From the NCBI GenBank assembly GCA_041740935.1, contig JBGSLA010000009.1:1-55738 (forward strand): a stretch of DNA of 55,738 nucleotides, read 5' to 3'. Under the pieces are notes generated by a model. That model saw only the letters and a list, made by a program, of their open reading frames with translations, was not told where the DNA came from and ran no database searches. Shown piece after piece: positions 54,960-55,738 of the stretch. The stretch comes from Desulfobaccales bacterium. Lineage in GTDB: Bacteria; Desulfobacterota; Desulfobaccia; Desulfobaccales; 0-14-0-80-60-11. Positions within the stretch are counted from its first letter, which is position 1; the number at the start of each line of letters is the position of its first letter. Made by a program: the position numbers and the translations under genes.

Positions 54960-55738
54960 CTCTGTCCTGAAAAGTCCAAAGTCCAGGGTCCAGAGTCCAA
55001 GGTTCTTGCGGGGGGCGGCGCCCGCGGCTAGGCGCTTTTCATGCTTTGCGGGTGAGCCGCCGGCTCATGAGCGACTGCTTTGAAAAGTTCCTCAGGCGGC
55101 TATATTCTGGTAGGGCGGCCGTCCCTGGCCGCCCATGGTTCTGGCGGGCACGGAGGCCCGCCCTACCGAATTTTTCCTGGTTTTGAGAGAGCCAGAGGCT
55201 CATGAGCGAATGTCCTGAAAAGTTTTTGTGTGGAACCGCCGCCCTCGGCGGTTCGTGCGCCGGCGAGGGCGCCGGCGCCACATTTTTTCATGCTTTGCGG
55301 GTGGGCCGTCGGCCCAAGCGGAACTGTTTGGAAAAGTTCCATGGTTTCTTATTCCTCAACCCTATCCAAGACCGGTAGGACGGGCTTCCAGCCCGTCCAG
55401 GTACGGGCAGGATGCTCGTGCTACCGGAGTCTTGAGGCCCCTTCACCACACCCCACCCCCAACCCCATAATTCGGGAGCACGGGCTTTACGCCTGTGCTG
55501 AACAGGCAAGATGCCTGTGGTCCCGGCTCAAGGAAACCCTGGGGCCGTAGGGGCGGGTTTTAAACCCGCCCCTATGGATGCATTGCCGCGCGAGAGCCCG
55601 GGGCTCAAGAACATATCTTTTTGAACCTAACTCGTGTTTATCCGGAAAGTCCTTCTGTTCCCTCCCCCTGGATGGGGGAGGGTTAGGGTGGGGGTGGCTA
55701 ATTCCTATGTAAAGTCAATATATTGCCCAATATGCCCC
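54960..55738. repeat. dense mosaic of GC-rich hairpin modules to the window edge
   Basis: Internal duplications: catgctttgcgggtg.gccg.cgg at about 55040 and 55290; cctgaaaagt heads at 54965, 55082, 55214 and 55330. Copies of modules also seen at 6334, 9210-9591, 47326 and 49249. Confidence 0.8.

Noticed and set aside
54960-55738. CRISPR array
   Set aside because: The repeats are heterogeneous modules in both orientations without regular repeat-spacer periodicity, and there are no cas genes in the window.

Overview
GC-rich bacterial chromosomal window. The gene content looks like an anaerobic Desulfobacterota-type (deltaproteobacterial) genome; this taxon call is inference from gene content only. 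Left third (1-21.9 kb) is mostly housekeeping: uvrA, tungstate ABC transporter tupABC, rex, an F0-only ATP synthase operon (atpZ-atpI-atpB-atpE), a GAF/PAS histidine kinase, gmk-remA-yicC-DUF4416, queE-queC, a receiver-like protein, an MBL-fold/TPR protein and a mini zinc-ribbon HExxH protein. Middle (22.0-29.5 kb, minus strand) is the most unusual locus: a sigma-54 PAS/GAF enhancer-binding protein sits upstream of a tightly coupled six-gene operon. That operon encodes two oversized, divergent family III (CaiB-type) CoA-transferase-like proteins and four small proteins I cannot assign to any family; two are Cys/Trp-rich. None of the usual partner enzymes are present. Right part (29.9-47.1 kb, plus strand) is a 17-kb single-strand cluster: Wzm/Wzt ABC-2 exporter (Wzt has a C-terminal extension), seven methyltransferase domains in six proteins, twin radical-SAM proteins with unique N-terminal domains, a membrane SGNH hydrolase, an AsnB-type amidotransferase and only one glycosyltransferase. 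Its base composition is visibly mosaic. The window ends with eno, a small ORF and a 1700-aa autotransporter whose passenger starts with a BNR/Asp-box propeller. Almost every larger intergenic spacer holds a mosaic family of GC-rich hairpin repeats, and one MITE-like element has terminal inverted repeats and flanking direct repeats. I saw no rRNA, tRNA, CRISPR array, transposase or integrase. Many long ORFs antisense to real genes in the track are high-GC artefacts. All family assignments come from motif recognition by eye; no searches were run.
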